DNA from: Candidatus Bathyarchaeia archaeon
GTDB taxonomy: Archaea; Thermoproteota; Bathyarchaeia; Bathyarchaeales; Bathycorpusculaceae
Assembly: GCA_050015395.1 (NCBI GenBank)
Contig: JBEKBM010000007.1
Span: 33,796-97,795 of the forward strand
DNA: 64,000 nt
Direction: 5' to 3'
Under the pieces are notes generated by a model. It ran no database searches. It was not told the DNA's origin and saw only the letters and a list, made by a program, of their open reading frames with translations. Of this stretch, positions 18,414 through 27,317 are shown piece by piece. The stretch's first letter is position 1; the number at the start of each line of letters is the position of its first letter. A program made the position numbers and the translations under genes.

Positions 18414-18895
18414 TAATGAACTTCCAAAACTATGGGTTGCTGTTGCGTCTGGGTGTCGGCTGCTTCTTGCGGTTGCTCTGTTGATGCAATGTTTGCATCT
18501 ATCGGTTTAGGCACGGTGTTGTTTTCAACTGACAGAATAATGTTTGGAGGCGTATTGTTAACCATTTCAGCGGGTAAGAAACTGCATAGTTGCTGGGCTG
18601 CCTCAAGTCGAACCCGCATGTAACCGATTTTAGCGTTATCGTTTGTTGCTTGTCTAAGCTGATATGAGGCTTCGCGGATTGTTTGCAGATAGATGTTTGC
18701 GATTTGCTGCCGTAAGATCTCCGCATTCTTTAAGTCAACGAAAACGCCAATCCATTTAGGCATAAGTCGAATGTGATAACGGGTTGTTGCCTCGTTAACT
18801 TGGCATGATTCTTTCAATATTTGAACAGTCTCGCTTCTGCTAAAGCCTTCTGCATTGAGCTTAAGGATTTTTAAGCGTATTTCGTCGCTGTTCAA
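18413..18895 (-). CDS. Putative terminase small subunit
   Basis: N-terminal HTH-like segment, helical middle, TAATG coupling to terL. Confidence 0.55.
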   Translation of the reverse strand: MNSDEIRLKILKLNAEGFSRSETVQILKESCQVNEATTRYHIRLMPKWIGVFVDLKNAEILRQQIANIYLQTIREASYQLRQATNDNAKIGYMRVRLEAAQQLCSFLPAEMVNNTPPNIILSVENNTVPKPIDANIASTEQPQEAADTQTQQQPIVLEVH

Positions 18896-19072
18896 GTTTT
18901 GCCTACCCCTTTTCGTTAACTTTTCTTATTTTTTCCGTCTATACTGTCGGTTGCTCGATGGGGTTGTCTTTTAGTTGGGGTCTCCAATTCGCTTCGATTT
19001 GCTTAATGTCGTCTCCCACTTGATTGTCAACTCTGCCTAAGATTTCCTTATAGCGGGTTTCGGATGTTTCGC

Positions 19073-19255
19073 TCATTGTTTGCTGTCGCCTCCACCGGTT
19101 AAGTTTGAGTAAGAAGAAATTAAATCGTTTAAAGCAGTATCAAGATGCCGGGATGCGCTTTTGCTTTTCTCAATTAAACTTTCAACTTCGCTTAGTTTAG
19201 CGGTTCTGGGCCTAGCTGTGACAGGGTTCTTTTGTTGTGTTGATTGGCTCGGCAT
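19073..19255 (-). CDS. Hypothetical small protein in the packaging operon
   Basis: 60 aa, tightly coupled; followed by a 45-aa ORF at 18939-19076. Confidence 0.5.
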   Translation of the reverse strand: MPSQSTQQKNPVTARPRTAKLSEVESLIEKSKSASRHLDTALNDLISSYSNLTGGGDSKQ

Positions 19256-19257
19256 TC

Positions 19258-20250
19258 TTATGATTCTTCCTTAACTGGTTTTTGCGGTGACTGCAAATTT
19301 TTCACTTCATTGAAAACTATCGGGTTCATAAGTGACCCCATGCCTTGATTGCCATGTTCGATTATGTCGATTTCCGTGGCTATCTCGAAGTCTTTTTGCG
19401 CTTCGCAGTCTGATTTAGCGAATAAACCGTTGCTTTCTTGTTGGGGTTGCTTGGTGAATGCCCTGTTAAGTTCATTTATGAACTGCGTGTTTGCCTCGAT
19501 TTCTTTTTGAGCCGCGGCTAAAACAGCGTTTGCATTTAGCTTTTTTGTGTGTGAAAGTTTCGTTTGTAAATTACCTATTTTTTGGAGCAGGTCGATTTTA
19601 GCGGTAACTTTGGCTTTTTCTTCTGTTTCCTGCAATTTTTGCGCTGTGACAAGTGCGCCTAAAATCTTAATTTGCAGGTATTTTTTTGCTTTCCAATTTG
19701 CTAAACTGTTGATGTTTTGGCTGGCATTCATAGCTGAAGCAAAACCGCTGGCAATTCTAAATTTTGCATCCTTATAGGCTGGACTTGCCACGATTGAGAG
19801 CTCACGGCAAACGGGATTATGCACAATTTCGTGCGCTCCCTCGCATAAATGGCTGAGTTTCCCATCTATACGCGAAGGCTGCCCGCAGCCCGAGCAAGTA
19901 ACATTTTGAGAATCGACCTGCATGGACACACTATCTAGGTAGCCTTTTTTGATGCGGTCTTTAATCGCGGGGTCGCCTATCTTGCCCTTGAACCAAACTT
20001 TATCATCGCCTTGCATTCTAGCCTCGGGAATCGTACCCACAATATCTAAAACTTTTTCGCTGTGATCTACTCGGATTTTTGAGTCAAGCAAAGATTGAAT
20101 TAAAAACGGCAGATCCTCTTTTGGAACAGCCCATTTGTTCGCGTTGGTTGTTGAATCAATACAGATGCCTTCTATTATTAAATCGCCGTCGGTTGACGGT
20201 TGATCTGACGCTTTAAAATCAAAGTTGTATTTGAGACTTAGCCCATTCAT
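19258..20250 (-). CDS. HK97-type prohead maturation protease with a C-terminal coiled-coil (scaffold-like) region
   Basis: IEG...NAN.W, VDH, YLDSVSM, CSGC...HLC insertion, ELSIVASPAYKDA, then ~150 aa helical tail. Confidence 0.75.
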   Translation of the reverse strand: MNGLSLKYNFDFKASDQPSTDGDLIIEGICIDSTTNANKWAVPKEDLPFLIQSLLDSKIRVDHSEKVLDIVGTIPEARMQGDDKVWFKGKIGDPAIKDRIKKGYLDSVSMQVDSQNVTCSGCGQPSRIDGKLSHLCEGAHEIVHNPVCRELSIVASPAYKDAKFRIASGFASAMNASQNINSLANWKAKKYLQIKILGALVTAQKLQETEEKAKVTAKIDLLQKIGNLQTKLSHTKKLNANAVLAAAQKEIEANTQFINELNRAFTKQPQQESNGLFAKSDCEAQKDFEIATEIDIIEHGNQGMGSLMNPIVFNEVKNLQSPQKPVKEES

Positions 20251-20621
20251 TCAAAAAAGCCTCCAAGGACATGGTCTATTATGCGCTGTATTGTCTCGGT
20301 TGACAGTTCTGCCTCGGATGTTTTGCCAATGGGTAAAAATGTTTCTATGTGTCCTCTGCCACCATCGGTTAGCGTAGATGAAACCTGAATTTTTACGCCT
20401 TTTCCAGCGCTGTCAATAGCGTTTATGACGTTTCCAGATTGAACCACAAAAAACGGTTCACCGTTAAAGATTCTGATGTTTGGGTTTACTTGGCCTAGCC
20501 GATTATTCTTTAAGATGTCTGCCCAGCTCTGGATTTTCTCTGCTGGAGATTTCTCTTTCCATTGATGTTGAAGAATATAGAAGGGGTTAACGATTTCAAA
20601 TTTTGCTGTTTGGCTACTCAT
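20247..20621 (-). CDS. Hypothetical protein
   Basis: MSSQTAKF..., ATGA overlap with the protease gene. Confidence 0.6.
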   Translation of the reverse strand: MSSQTAKFEIVNPFYILQHQWKEKSPAEKIQSWADILKNNRLGQVNPNIRIFNGEPFFVVQSGNVINAIDSAGKGVKIQVSSTLTDGGRGHIETFLPIGKTSEAELSTETIQRIIDHVLGGFFE

Positions 20622-20772
20622 TTTTCGCAATCTCCAAAATTTTATCTCTTACGTTTTTGCTGTTTTCCGTTAAAGCGTCAAGCGTTGCCTCAAGAGCGGC
20701 TTTTTCAGCCTTAACTTTTTCACGGTGTTTTTTCTGATCTGAAGCGTTTAACTTTTTGTCTTTGCGTGGCAT
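20614..20772 (-). CDS. Small basic protein (52 aa), first gene of the packaging operon
   Basis: MPRKDKKLNASDQKKHREKVKAEKAALEATLDALTENSKNVRDKILEIAKNE*, translated manually. Confidence 0.55.
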   Translation of the reverse strand: MPRKDKKLNASDQKKHREKVKAEKAALEATLDALTENSKNVRDKILEIAKNE

Positions 20773-20776
20773 AATT

Positions 20777-20812
20777 ATCTTACGTAAGATTTAACTAATA
20801 AGTGTTTATACA
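20777..20812 (-). promoter_or_regulatory. Packaging-operon promoter with palindrome ATCTTACGTAAGAT
   Basis: Minus strand reads TGTATAAACACTTAT-tagttaaa-TCTTACGTAAGAT just before ATG 20772. Confidence 0.65.
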
Positions 20813-20880
20813 CACTTAATACAAATAGAAAACAATTAAAAAAAACATTATAACCTCGTCTAATTTAGACAAGGTTCAAA

Positions 20881-21501
20881 CTAAACATTAGGAGGTATAT
20901 AGCCGTCTTTTTTTAAGATTGCTGTTGGAATAAAATGTAAACTGCCTTTTTCAGTTATGCCAAGGTAACCTGGATATGTACGTGTAACTTCTGGAATTGT
21001 AAATTGACAAACAAGATCATGTAAAACCCTATAGGCTTTAAACAAGAGCGAATAATAATCGCTGTTGACTGCCCTGAATTTTTGGTCTATTTCTTCTTCG
21101 CTCATTTCGTTATTTATCTTGACGTTTAACCATGCGTTTTCGTATGCAATTCTCCATTTTACAAGCTCACTAGGATCAATCTTATCTAATGCCATAACAT
21201 CTTTTAAAACTACTATACATTGATTGACGTCTTTAAGGACTAACTCACGAGTTTTTTCTCTGCCTTTAACTGTTAAACTAAACTCTAATTTCCCTTTCTG
21301 TTTATAGTTTTTATGCCTTTCTTCATGTATCCACATCTGCGCCCCAGGTTTTTGATCGCCGTAATCGTCTAGTATTTTTCGGGTTTTGTTACGACTCCGA
21401 ATGACGCTTGTTAATTCTCGGAAAATCATAAAGTCTTTTTCAAACAAGGCTAACAAGACTTTGTTACGCTGGTTTTCTGAATATTCTTGTTTTTTGGTCA
21501 T
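20881..21501 (-). CDS. Putative winged-helix regulator of the element
   Basis: N-terminal wHTH-like region ending FSLTVKGRE; divergent from the replication operon; likely ATG at 21501. Confidence 0.55.
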   Translation of the reverse strand: MTKKQEYSENQRNKVLLALFEKDFMIFRELTSVIRSRNKTRKILDDYGDQKPGAQMWIHEERHKNYKQKGKLEFSLTVKGREKTRELVLKDVNQCIVVLKDVMALDKIDPSELVKWRIAYENAWLNVKINNEMSEEEIDQKFRAVNSDYYSLLFKAYRVLHDLVCQFTIPEVTRTYPGYLGITEKGSLHFIPTAILKKDGYIPPNV

Positions 21502-21530
21502 AGTTTTAACCTCTCTATTTGTACTAAAGA

Positions 21531-21561
21531 TGTATAAACACTTATAAGTCTTACGTAAGAT
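21531..21561 (+). promoter_or_regulatory. Replication-operon promoter with palindrome TCTTACGTAAGA
   Basis: TGTATAAACACTTAT-aag-TCTTACGTAAGAT, same blocks as 20777-20812. Confidence 0.65.
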
Positions 21562-21604
21562 AGGCAAACATAACAAACGAACCCGAAAGAAGGCTAAAAC
21601 AACC

Positions 21605-21787
21605 ATGACCCTACAGAAAAACTACATAAAAATTGTTGGAAGCGAAAACTTCGTTGCGCTCTCCCTGAAAGACATCGAAAAAAGATATGCGGTGCTGTCT
21701 AAACCCATAATTCAGAAAAGCAACACTGACCCCGACGTGTACTTTGTTTTTGTTCACTGTGCAGATAGCCCGTTTGCGGAGATCTAG
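21605..21787 (+). CDS. Hypothetical small protein
   Basis: First ORF of the rightward operon. Confidence 0.5.
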   Translation: MTLQKNYIKIVGSENFVALSLKDIEKRYAVLSKPIIQKSNTDPDVYFVFVHCADSPFAEI

Positions 21788-21791
21788 AAGC

Positions 21792-21974
21792 ATGGCACAA
21801 ACCCAACAGCTTTTAGCGAAATATACCCTGCAAAAGCCCAAAAAATGCTCGGATTGCGGGTATTTCCGCGGAGATAATAACCCGTGCGCTGACCTGGGCT
21901 ATTTCACCTATGCAAAAACCCGAGCGTGTAGTCAAGGCGTAACAAGAAAAGCATTGGCAAAGAGGGGTCTTTGA
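21792..21974 (+). CDS. Small Cys-rich (Zn-binding) protein
   Basis: CSDC...C...C. Confidence 0.55.
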   Translation: MAQTQQLLAKYTLQKPKKCSDCGYFRGDNNPCADLGYFTYAKTRACSQGVTRKALAKRGL

Positions 21975-24187
21975 TGATTCCGATTAAAGACCCGTTCAAC
22001 CTTGACATAGACGTAAACGGTAATACACCGCTGGAAAAGTTAACCGCTGAAAATTACGGTTTACCCTTCAAAAAGAACTTGCTTGACCAACAAAAATTTA
22101 CCGATGCTTTAGCTAAAGGCATATTTGACTTAAGCATTGACCCAAACGTGGAAGATTTCATACTCAAAGAAATACATATTTCAGTCGCATACCAGGATGA
22201 TCCGATAGTTAAAACGATTTTACATGCTGGCGTTTCAGCTTATGCGACACCGTTAAACGTAGCATTGAAAGCGGAATCTGGATCTGGGAAAAGCTACTCC
22301 ACCACTGAAACCATAAACTTTTTGCCACCTGAGGACGTTATGTTTATCGGCTCAGATAGCCCAAAAGTTTTTAGCCATTTAAACGGGATTCGCAAAGTTG
22401 TTAAAGACGGTGTGGAAGTTCTTTTCGACAATATACTTGAGCCAATGAAGCCCGACAAGAACGATTTTGACCTTGTTGAATCTTATAACGTCATGTGCCA
22501 AAAATACCGCGAAGATTTGAAAGAGTACCAGCAACTTAAAGAAAATAGCTTCTATGAAGTTGACCTTCGCAATAAGATAATCGTCTATTTGGAAAGCATT
22601 AATCCTGAAACTTTCAAGATGTTAAAGGTTACGATGTCGCATGACGGGCCTAGTATAGATCACCGCTTTGTTGATGATAAGGGAAAAGTGCATGTTACCC
22701 GATTAATCGGCGCTCCAGTTCTAATTTTCAACAGTTTAGACACTGTTTACACATCTGAGTTTGCCACAAGAACCCTAACGATTTCTCCCGTTGTATCTAA
22801 AGAGAAAATAGAAGCTGCCATGCGAATAAGCAACAGAAAAGCATGTTATCCGTGGCTTTTTGACCCTGAAAGACTAAACGTAAAAATCATCCAAGAATAC
22901 CTCCGCAAAGTACGCGACACATTGAAAGCTGGAAAAATCAAAACCATAAATGTGTTTGACGAAGTGCAAAAAGAGTTTAGCGCAAACCAAGCGCGAGACA
23001 TGCGTGACTTTAACAAGTTCCTTGAGTTAATGCCTTGCTACGCTATAATTAAACTGTTTCAACATCCAACAATCGTTTTAAAAGGCAAACGGTGTTTAGT
23101 GCCAACAATTCAAGATTTCTTAGATGCTAAAGCGGTATTTGACAGTATAAGCGAAACCACAAAGACGGGTACAGAAATGCGTATCTTATGCTTTTATTGG
23201 GATTGCGTAGCTCCTTTTACCTCTAACGGCGCCACGGTTGAAACCTTAACCGACCTATACAATAAAGACAAAAAGAAGGCTGTTAGCTCAAGAACGATAA
23301 GGGCATGGCTGGATCGCCTTGTGGAAATAGAGTTTGTGGATGCTAGAGAAGGCGAACAATTAACCGATAAGGGTTTAATTAATTATCAAAAAAAGACGTT
23401 TCACCCGTTGAAACTTAAAGGAACTAATGCAATTCTGGAAACTGCAAAAGATTTAGTGGCTATATTGGAAAAGGCGTTTGATTTATGGCTTAAAACTTGT
23501 GCAGAGGAGATAGTCACCCACCCAATTTATATTTTAAAGATAGACGGAACAGCGGTTCAAATATCTTTAGAAGAATTTAGCGAAATTGTTAAGGGAAGGG
23601 GAGCCTCTTTAACTTCACAAGTTTTTAAGGCTGAATCAACCACAGAACAGCAAACAGACGTTAAAACTATTGCAAAACCTGAAAGCGCACAAGAAACAGA
23701 TAAGAATGTGCTTTATTATCGAAAGCTCATAGTCGGCGAAAACTTTAGGTGTGACGGGGAAAGCGTTGGGTCTCAATGCTTAGACCCAGCAAAATATGAG
23801 ATGTTAAGCACGGCTGACCCGACCCATTACTGCGAAATCCATTTCCAGCGTGTCCTTAAAGATTGCACAGATAACAGTTTCAAGCTAGTGGAAAAGGTCA
23901 TAGCGCCGACTAAAACCGTGACGGTTAAGCGGTCTAAGAACGGTCAAAAATGCGATTATTGCGCTACTTTAACGTCAGAGTTTGAGTTAACCGATAATGC
24001 AGAACCATTTAAGATTTTTGTGTGCGAACTATGCCTAAAAACCAATGTTATCCCAGCGTACAAAGCGAAACCTGATTACAACATTGTTATGGCTAACCTG
24101 GACGACCCAGACGCAAACGCGAAGGACGGCCTAGGCCCTGAAACTAAAGAGTACAGCGACGACGACCCGCACAGCGGAGAGGCTTGA
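21971..24187 (+). CDS. P-loop ATPase, putative replication helicase/initiator, with wHTH and C-terminal Zn fingers
   Basis: AESGSGKS, IVYLE, EFATR, RDMRD; SSRTIRAWLDRLVEIEFV wHTH-like; Cys/His clusters near the C-terminus. Confidence 0.65.
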   Translation: MMIPIKDPFNLDIDVNGNTPLEKLTAENYGLPFKKNLLDQQKFTDALAKGIFDLSIDPNVEDFILKEIHISVAYQDDPIVKTILHAGVSAYATPLNVALKAESGSGKSYSTTETINFLPPEDVMFIGSDSPKVFSHLNGIRKVVKDGVEVLFDNILEPMKPDKNDFDLVESYNVMCQKYREDLKEYQQLKENSFYEVDLRNKIIVYLESINPETFKMLKVTMSHDGPSIDHRFVDDKGKVHVTRLIGAPVLIFNSLDTVYTSEFATRTLTISPVVSKEKIEAAMRISNRKACYPWLFDPERLNVKIIQEYLRKVRDTLKAGKIKTINVFDEVQKEFSANQARDMRDFNKFLELMPCYAIIKLFQHPTIVLKGKRCLVPTIQDFLDAKAVFDSISETTKTGTEMRILCFYWDCVAPFTSNGATVETLTDLYNKDKKKAVSSRTIRAWLDRLVEIEFVDAREGEQLTDKGLINYQKKTFHPLKLKGTNAILETAKDLVAILEKAFDLWLKTCAEEIVTHPIYILKIDGTAVQISLEEFSEIVKGRGASLTSQVFKAESTTEQQTDVKTIAKPESAQETDKNVLYYRKLIVGENFRCDGESVGSQCLDPAKYEMLSTADPTHYCEIHFQRVLKDCTDNSFKLVEKVIAPTKTVTVKRSKNGQKCDYCATLTSEFELTDNAEPFKIFVCELCLKTNVIPAYKAKPDYNIVMANLDDPDANAKDGLGPETKEYSDDDPHSGEA

Positions 24188-24477
24188 ATATGACAAGAAC
24201 AAAGAAACCCAGAATTATTAAGCAACCTAACCCTCCGCGGTGTTTACCGCTTCTTAACCTTGAGATACGGCTAGACAAAAACACGATAATTAAAGCGGAC
24301 AAGATTGAACGGTGCTTAGTAAGTCGGCGTCTTATGGGAAACCGACCCGCTGAAACGGCGCCTATGTTTATGCTGGAAAACGCGGTTATCGTCACGTCCC
24401 GCGAAGGTCAAATAATAGGCGTTGAAACCTTCGCGTCTTATGGTCTCTGGAAAGAACTGATTGCGGAGGCTTCTTAA
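24184..24477 (+). CDS. Hypothetical protein
   Basis: Coupled to the ATPase gene. Confidence 0.5.
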   Translation: MNMTRTKKPRIIKQPNPPRCLPLLNLEIRLDKNTIIKADKIERCLVSRRLMGNRPAETAPMFMLENAVIVTSREGQIIGVETFASYGLWKELIAEAS

Positions 24478-24616
24478 TGCCTTGTCAAAAATTGGGTAGA
24501 TGCGTTAATAGTAAGCCTAAAAGCGTCACTTGTAACGCGGTTGAAAATAGAAGCGGCTGCATAGACTTCGCGGAAAAAGAAACAGCTAGTTTGGTGTTCT
24601 AAAATGGATAAATGCC

Positions 24617-24838
24617 TTGTTTGCGGGTCATGGAGAGATAAGAATGTCTAAGCAAGTGCAAATTATTAAGCGGTCTGCCTCCGCGGTTTCAACTAAGTTT
24701 CTTACGGTTGAACTCCGCGGGAAAGTCTGCCGTCGAATAATCTTACCTGCCTCTAAAAATGATATTTGGAATATGCGAAGGTTTCAAGCAATTAACGGGT
24801 ATTTGGCAAACTTAGAAGATAAGGGGAGGGATAAGTGA
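24617..24838 (+). CDS. Hypothetical small protein
   Basis: In operon; flanked by Cys-rich microORFs at 24477-24602 and 24835-24966. Confidence 0.45.
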   Translation: MFAGHGEIRMSKQVQIIKRSASAVSTKFLTVELRGKVCRRIILPASKNDIWNMRRFQAINGYLANLEDKGRDK

Positions 24839-25122
24839 AAGTGTTAAGTCGTGATTGCGACGGCTGCGAAAACATGTTGAATGATTGCAAACGTCGGTTT
24901 CAACGTGTGGGCCTAGGCGAAAAAGTGTTTTGCCCTGACGGAACCGCTCATTTAATAGACGGTTAATGCGCGGGAAACGTAGTTTCTACAGCTAAAAACT
25001 TGCCAAATACCAGACATTGAAATGCGAAAAGCGTAATGAAATAAACGGTTTTTCCATGAAAAGACTAAGGGTTTTTGAGGTAAAAAAGCCCACTTAAACA
25101 CTCTTTTTCTACTATTCATTCA

Positions 25123-26223
25123 TTATTCGCTTTCAGATGCTCTATCCCCGCGAAGTTTGATCGCTCCGTGTGCTACTGCATTCAAAACTTGTCTTATTTC
25201 AGCTATTTGTTTTTCTGTGTTTGCCGTCATTTCGTCAAGTTGCTGTTTTAATTTGCGGTTTTCTTCTTTCATAAGCTCGGTTTCTTTTGACACCGCAATC
25301 AAGGCTTTAGCTGGAACGGTGCTTTGCAAGGATAAATAATCTTGATAGGCTGCTGGGTATTTCTCGGCTATTTGCTCTTGCAGAGTATTTAGGTAAGTCA
25401 TATCTTCTAACGGAATAGCCTTGCCGACGCAAAACTTAACCTGAAACTCATTGAAACCCGCACGGCTAAGATTGCTCATTACCCATGCGCGGATTTTATG
25501 AAAGCGGATTCTGCCCGTGGTTATGATGTGCGCTCTCCTTGCTAACCTCTGAATAATTTTGTTTGCGGCTGACTCGTTGATGTCGAAAATATCTGAAGTT
25601 CCATAGTTTCTTTTCGGGTTCGCTATGCGGTTTCTTTTTGGGTATTTGTCACTTTCGATAAACCATTTAGGGAGCCATTCAAGAACCAACGGGTTAAGAA
25701 CGCCTAGCCGCGGCGCGTTTGTCTTTTCGCGTTGACTTAAGAAGTAATAGAATGATTGACCCTCACTTTTTGCCTTCGCTATTAAAGATTCCACATAATC
25801 ACGTTTCAAGGCTAAAACGGCGCTGACCTCCCAGCCCAGGCTAGTTGCAAGTGCTAGGAGAGCCTTATCTTTTAAGTCGGCTACGTCAAACATTTTTTGC
25901 AAGTCGCCGTTTGTGAAAACATGGCTGGAAATATCCATTTTATAGCGTAATGTTTTTCCCCTTAAATCAAGTGGCATATCAACGGATCGCAAAAAGGATA
26001 AAATAGCTACGACGTGAGACCCCGCGGTGTTTTTGGATTTATGGATAGGTGCGTTCTGGAATCTTAGAACAAAATTGCGTTTCTCTTGAGGGGTTAAGGC
26101 TAGGAACTGTTCGACGCTGCCGTTATACCACTTGAAAAAATTTGTTATTCTTATTCGGTATTGACGTTCTGTGTTTGGGGTTCTGCATTCGCTTAACCAG
26201 TTTTCGACTTGCTGATTCAACAT
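25123..26223 (-). CDS. Tyrosine recombinase/integrase
   Basis: TPNTERQY N-domain, DKALL, REKT, RFHKIR, TYL; starts 70 bp from the right att. Confidence 0.85.
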   Translation of the reverse strand: MLNQQVENWLSECRTPNTERQYRIRITNFFKWYNGSVEQFLALTPQEKRNFVLRFQNAPIHKSKNTAGSHVVAILSFLRSVDMPLDLRGKTLRYKMDISSHVFTNGDLQKMFDVADLKDKALLALATSLGWEVSAVLALKRDYVESLIAKAKSEGQSFYYFLSQREKTNAPRLGVLNPLVLEWLPKWFIESDKYPKRNRIANPKRNYGTSDIFDINESAANKIIQRLARRAHIITTGRIRFHKIRAWVMSNLSRAGFNEFQVKFCVGKAIPLEDMTYLNTLQEQIAEKYPAAYQDYLSLQSTVPAKALIAVSKETELMKEENRKLKQQLDEMTANTEKQIAEIRQVLNAVAHGAIKLRGDRASESE

Positions 26224-26292
26224 TTAAATCGCCAATAGAATGATATGGCAGATTAGCTTATAAAGTTTTAGATAACCGTGTTTAAAATAGGC

Positions 26293-26304
26293 TTACTCCT
26301 TAGT
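26293..26304 (+). repeat. att core, right (TTACTCCTTAGT)
   Basis: Identical to 15667-15678. Confidence 0.88.
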
Positions 26305-26685
26305 TACCTCTATTGGCAATTTTTCCCCACACGAATTATACACGCTAACATTCTGCTCACTTGCATAAGGGTAACCTACAATCATGAGGATCCGCCCAAA
26401 AAAATGGTTAAAATCCACGTCCGAAGGCGTTGTGTTACCTGACGGATGCGAATGAACAGTGCCTACCAGAGAGAAATCCATCGGCAACAAATGAAGCTGA
26501 TAATTAGCAAACCCATGCCCATAAGTAGCCAACGGCGGCACTAAAAGGTCAACAATACGAACAACATCCTTAACCTTTTTGCCTCTAAGAAGCAAAATCG
26601 TCTCCCGTGGATAAAGTCGCCTTGCACCCTCAAAAATTGAATCCAACAACTCCTGACTCATAGACACTGCTTTAGTTTTTGCCAT
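26293..26685 (-). CDS. JAMM/MPN+ (Mov34) metalloprotease
   Basis: PRE...GTVHSHPSG...PSDVD. Confidence 0.9.
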   Translation of the reverse strand: MAKTKAVSMSQELLDSIFEGARRLYPRETILLLRGKKVKDVVRIVDLLVPPLATYGHGFANYQLHLLPMDFSLVGTVHSHPSGNTTPSDVDFNHFFGRILMIVGYPYASEQNVSVYNSCGEKLPIEVTKE

Positions 26686-26779
26686 AAAACGCCCATACGT
26701 TTACAGCTTTATTACCTTTACTGAGTTTTCACTAAGGAAAAACAGAAATAAACAACTATCCTCATTACACTTAAAAAGA

Positions 26780-26867
26780 GCCGGGATGGCAGAGTGGTTA
26801 ACGCGCGGGCCTTGAGAGCCCGTGGACCTTCTGGTCCGCATGGGTTCGAATCCCATTCCCGGCGCCA
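26780..26867 (+). tRNA. tRNA-Ser(TGA)
   Basis: Anticodon arm CGGGC-CTTGAGA-GCCCG, long variable arm, GCCA end. Confidence 0.95.
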
Positions 26868-27118
26868 ACTTTTTCCAATTTTTCTTTTTCAAAAAGGCCT
26901 CTATATTGTTAGTGCAGTTTTCAAAACATTTCATTTGTTAGCGAAGCACACAAAGGATAAGCCCTTGATCTGTATCTTTTGGATTGAAAATCAAGCCACC
27001 GCTTTCTAGTAAGCTGCTTTTTTAATCAATTGGTTATCCCAAGGGCTTGAATTGGAGGGGATTTGGAGCAAAGCTTTTAAGAATTGTGAGATAAAGGGAA
27101 CGCTAAATAGGTAAGAGA

Positions 27119-27310
27119 ATGGGCTTAAACGGTGAGGATAAATGTTATAGGTGTGGCACTGTAAGAGGGACGCAGGAGTTTCTGTTTAAAAAGTTAGGTC
27201 ATAAAGTTTTCGTTTTTGACCCTTACGTCTTCGCTGACCTCAAGAGCCCAGAAAAACACGTTGGTTTCACATTTATTTCCGATGATAAAACATATAATTT
27301 AAGGATTTAG
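27119..27310 (+). CDS. Small CxxC protein
   Basis: 63 aa, 7 bp upstream of the glycosyltransferase. Confidence 0.4.
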   Translation: MGLNGEDKCYRCGTVRGTQEFLFKKLGHKVFVFDPYVFADLKSPEKHVGFTFISDDKTYNLRI

Positions 27311-27317
27311 GACAGGC

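Larger units (their letters stand above)
15667..26304. mobile_element. Integrated virus-related element (satellite-like or reduced provirus), 10,626 bp att-to-att
   Basis: 12-bp direct repeat TTACTCCTTAGT at both ends, tyrosine integrase next to the right end, terminase, prohead protease and replication ATPase genes. Confidence 0.9.

Noticed and set aside
26780-26867. tRNA-Ser as the integration site of the terminase element
   Set aside because: No duplicated tRNA-Ser fragment was seen, and the JAMM gene and the 12-bp att core lie between it and the integrase.
26701-27009. ORFs overlapping tRNA-Ser
   Set aside because: Spurious translations of the tRNA gene.
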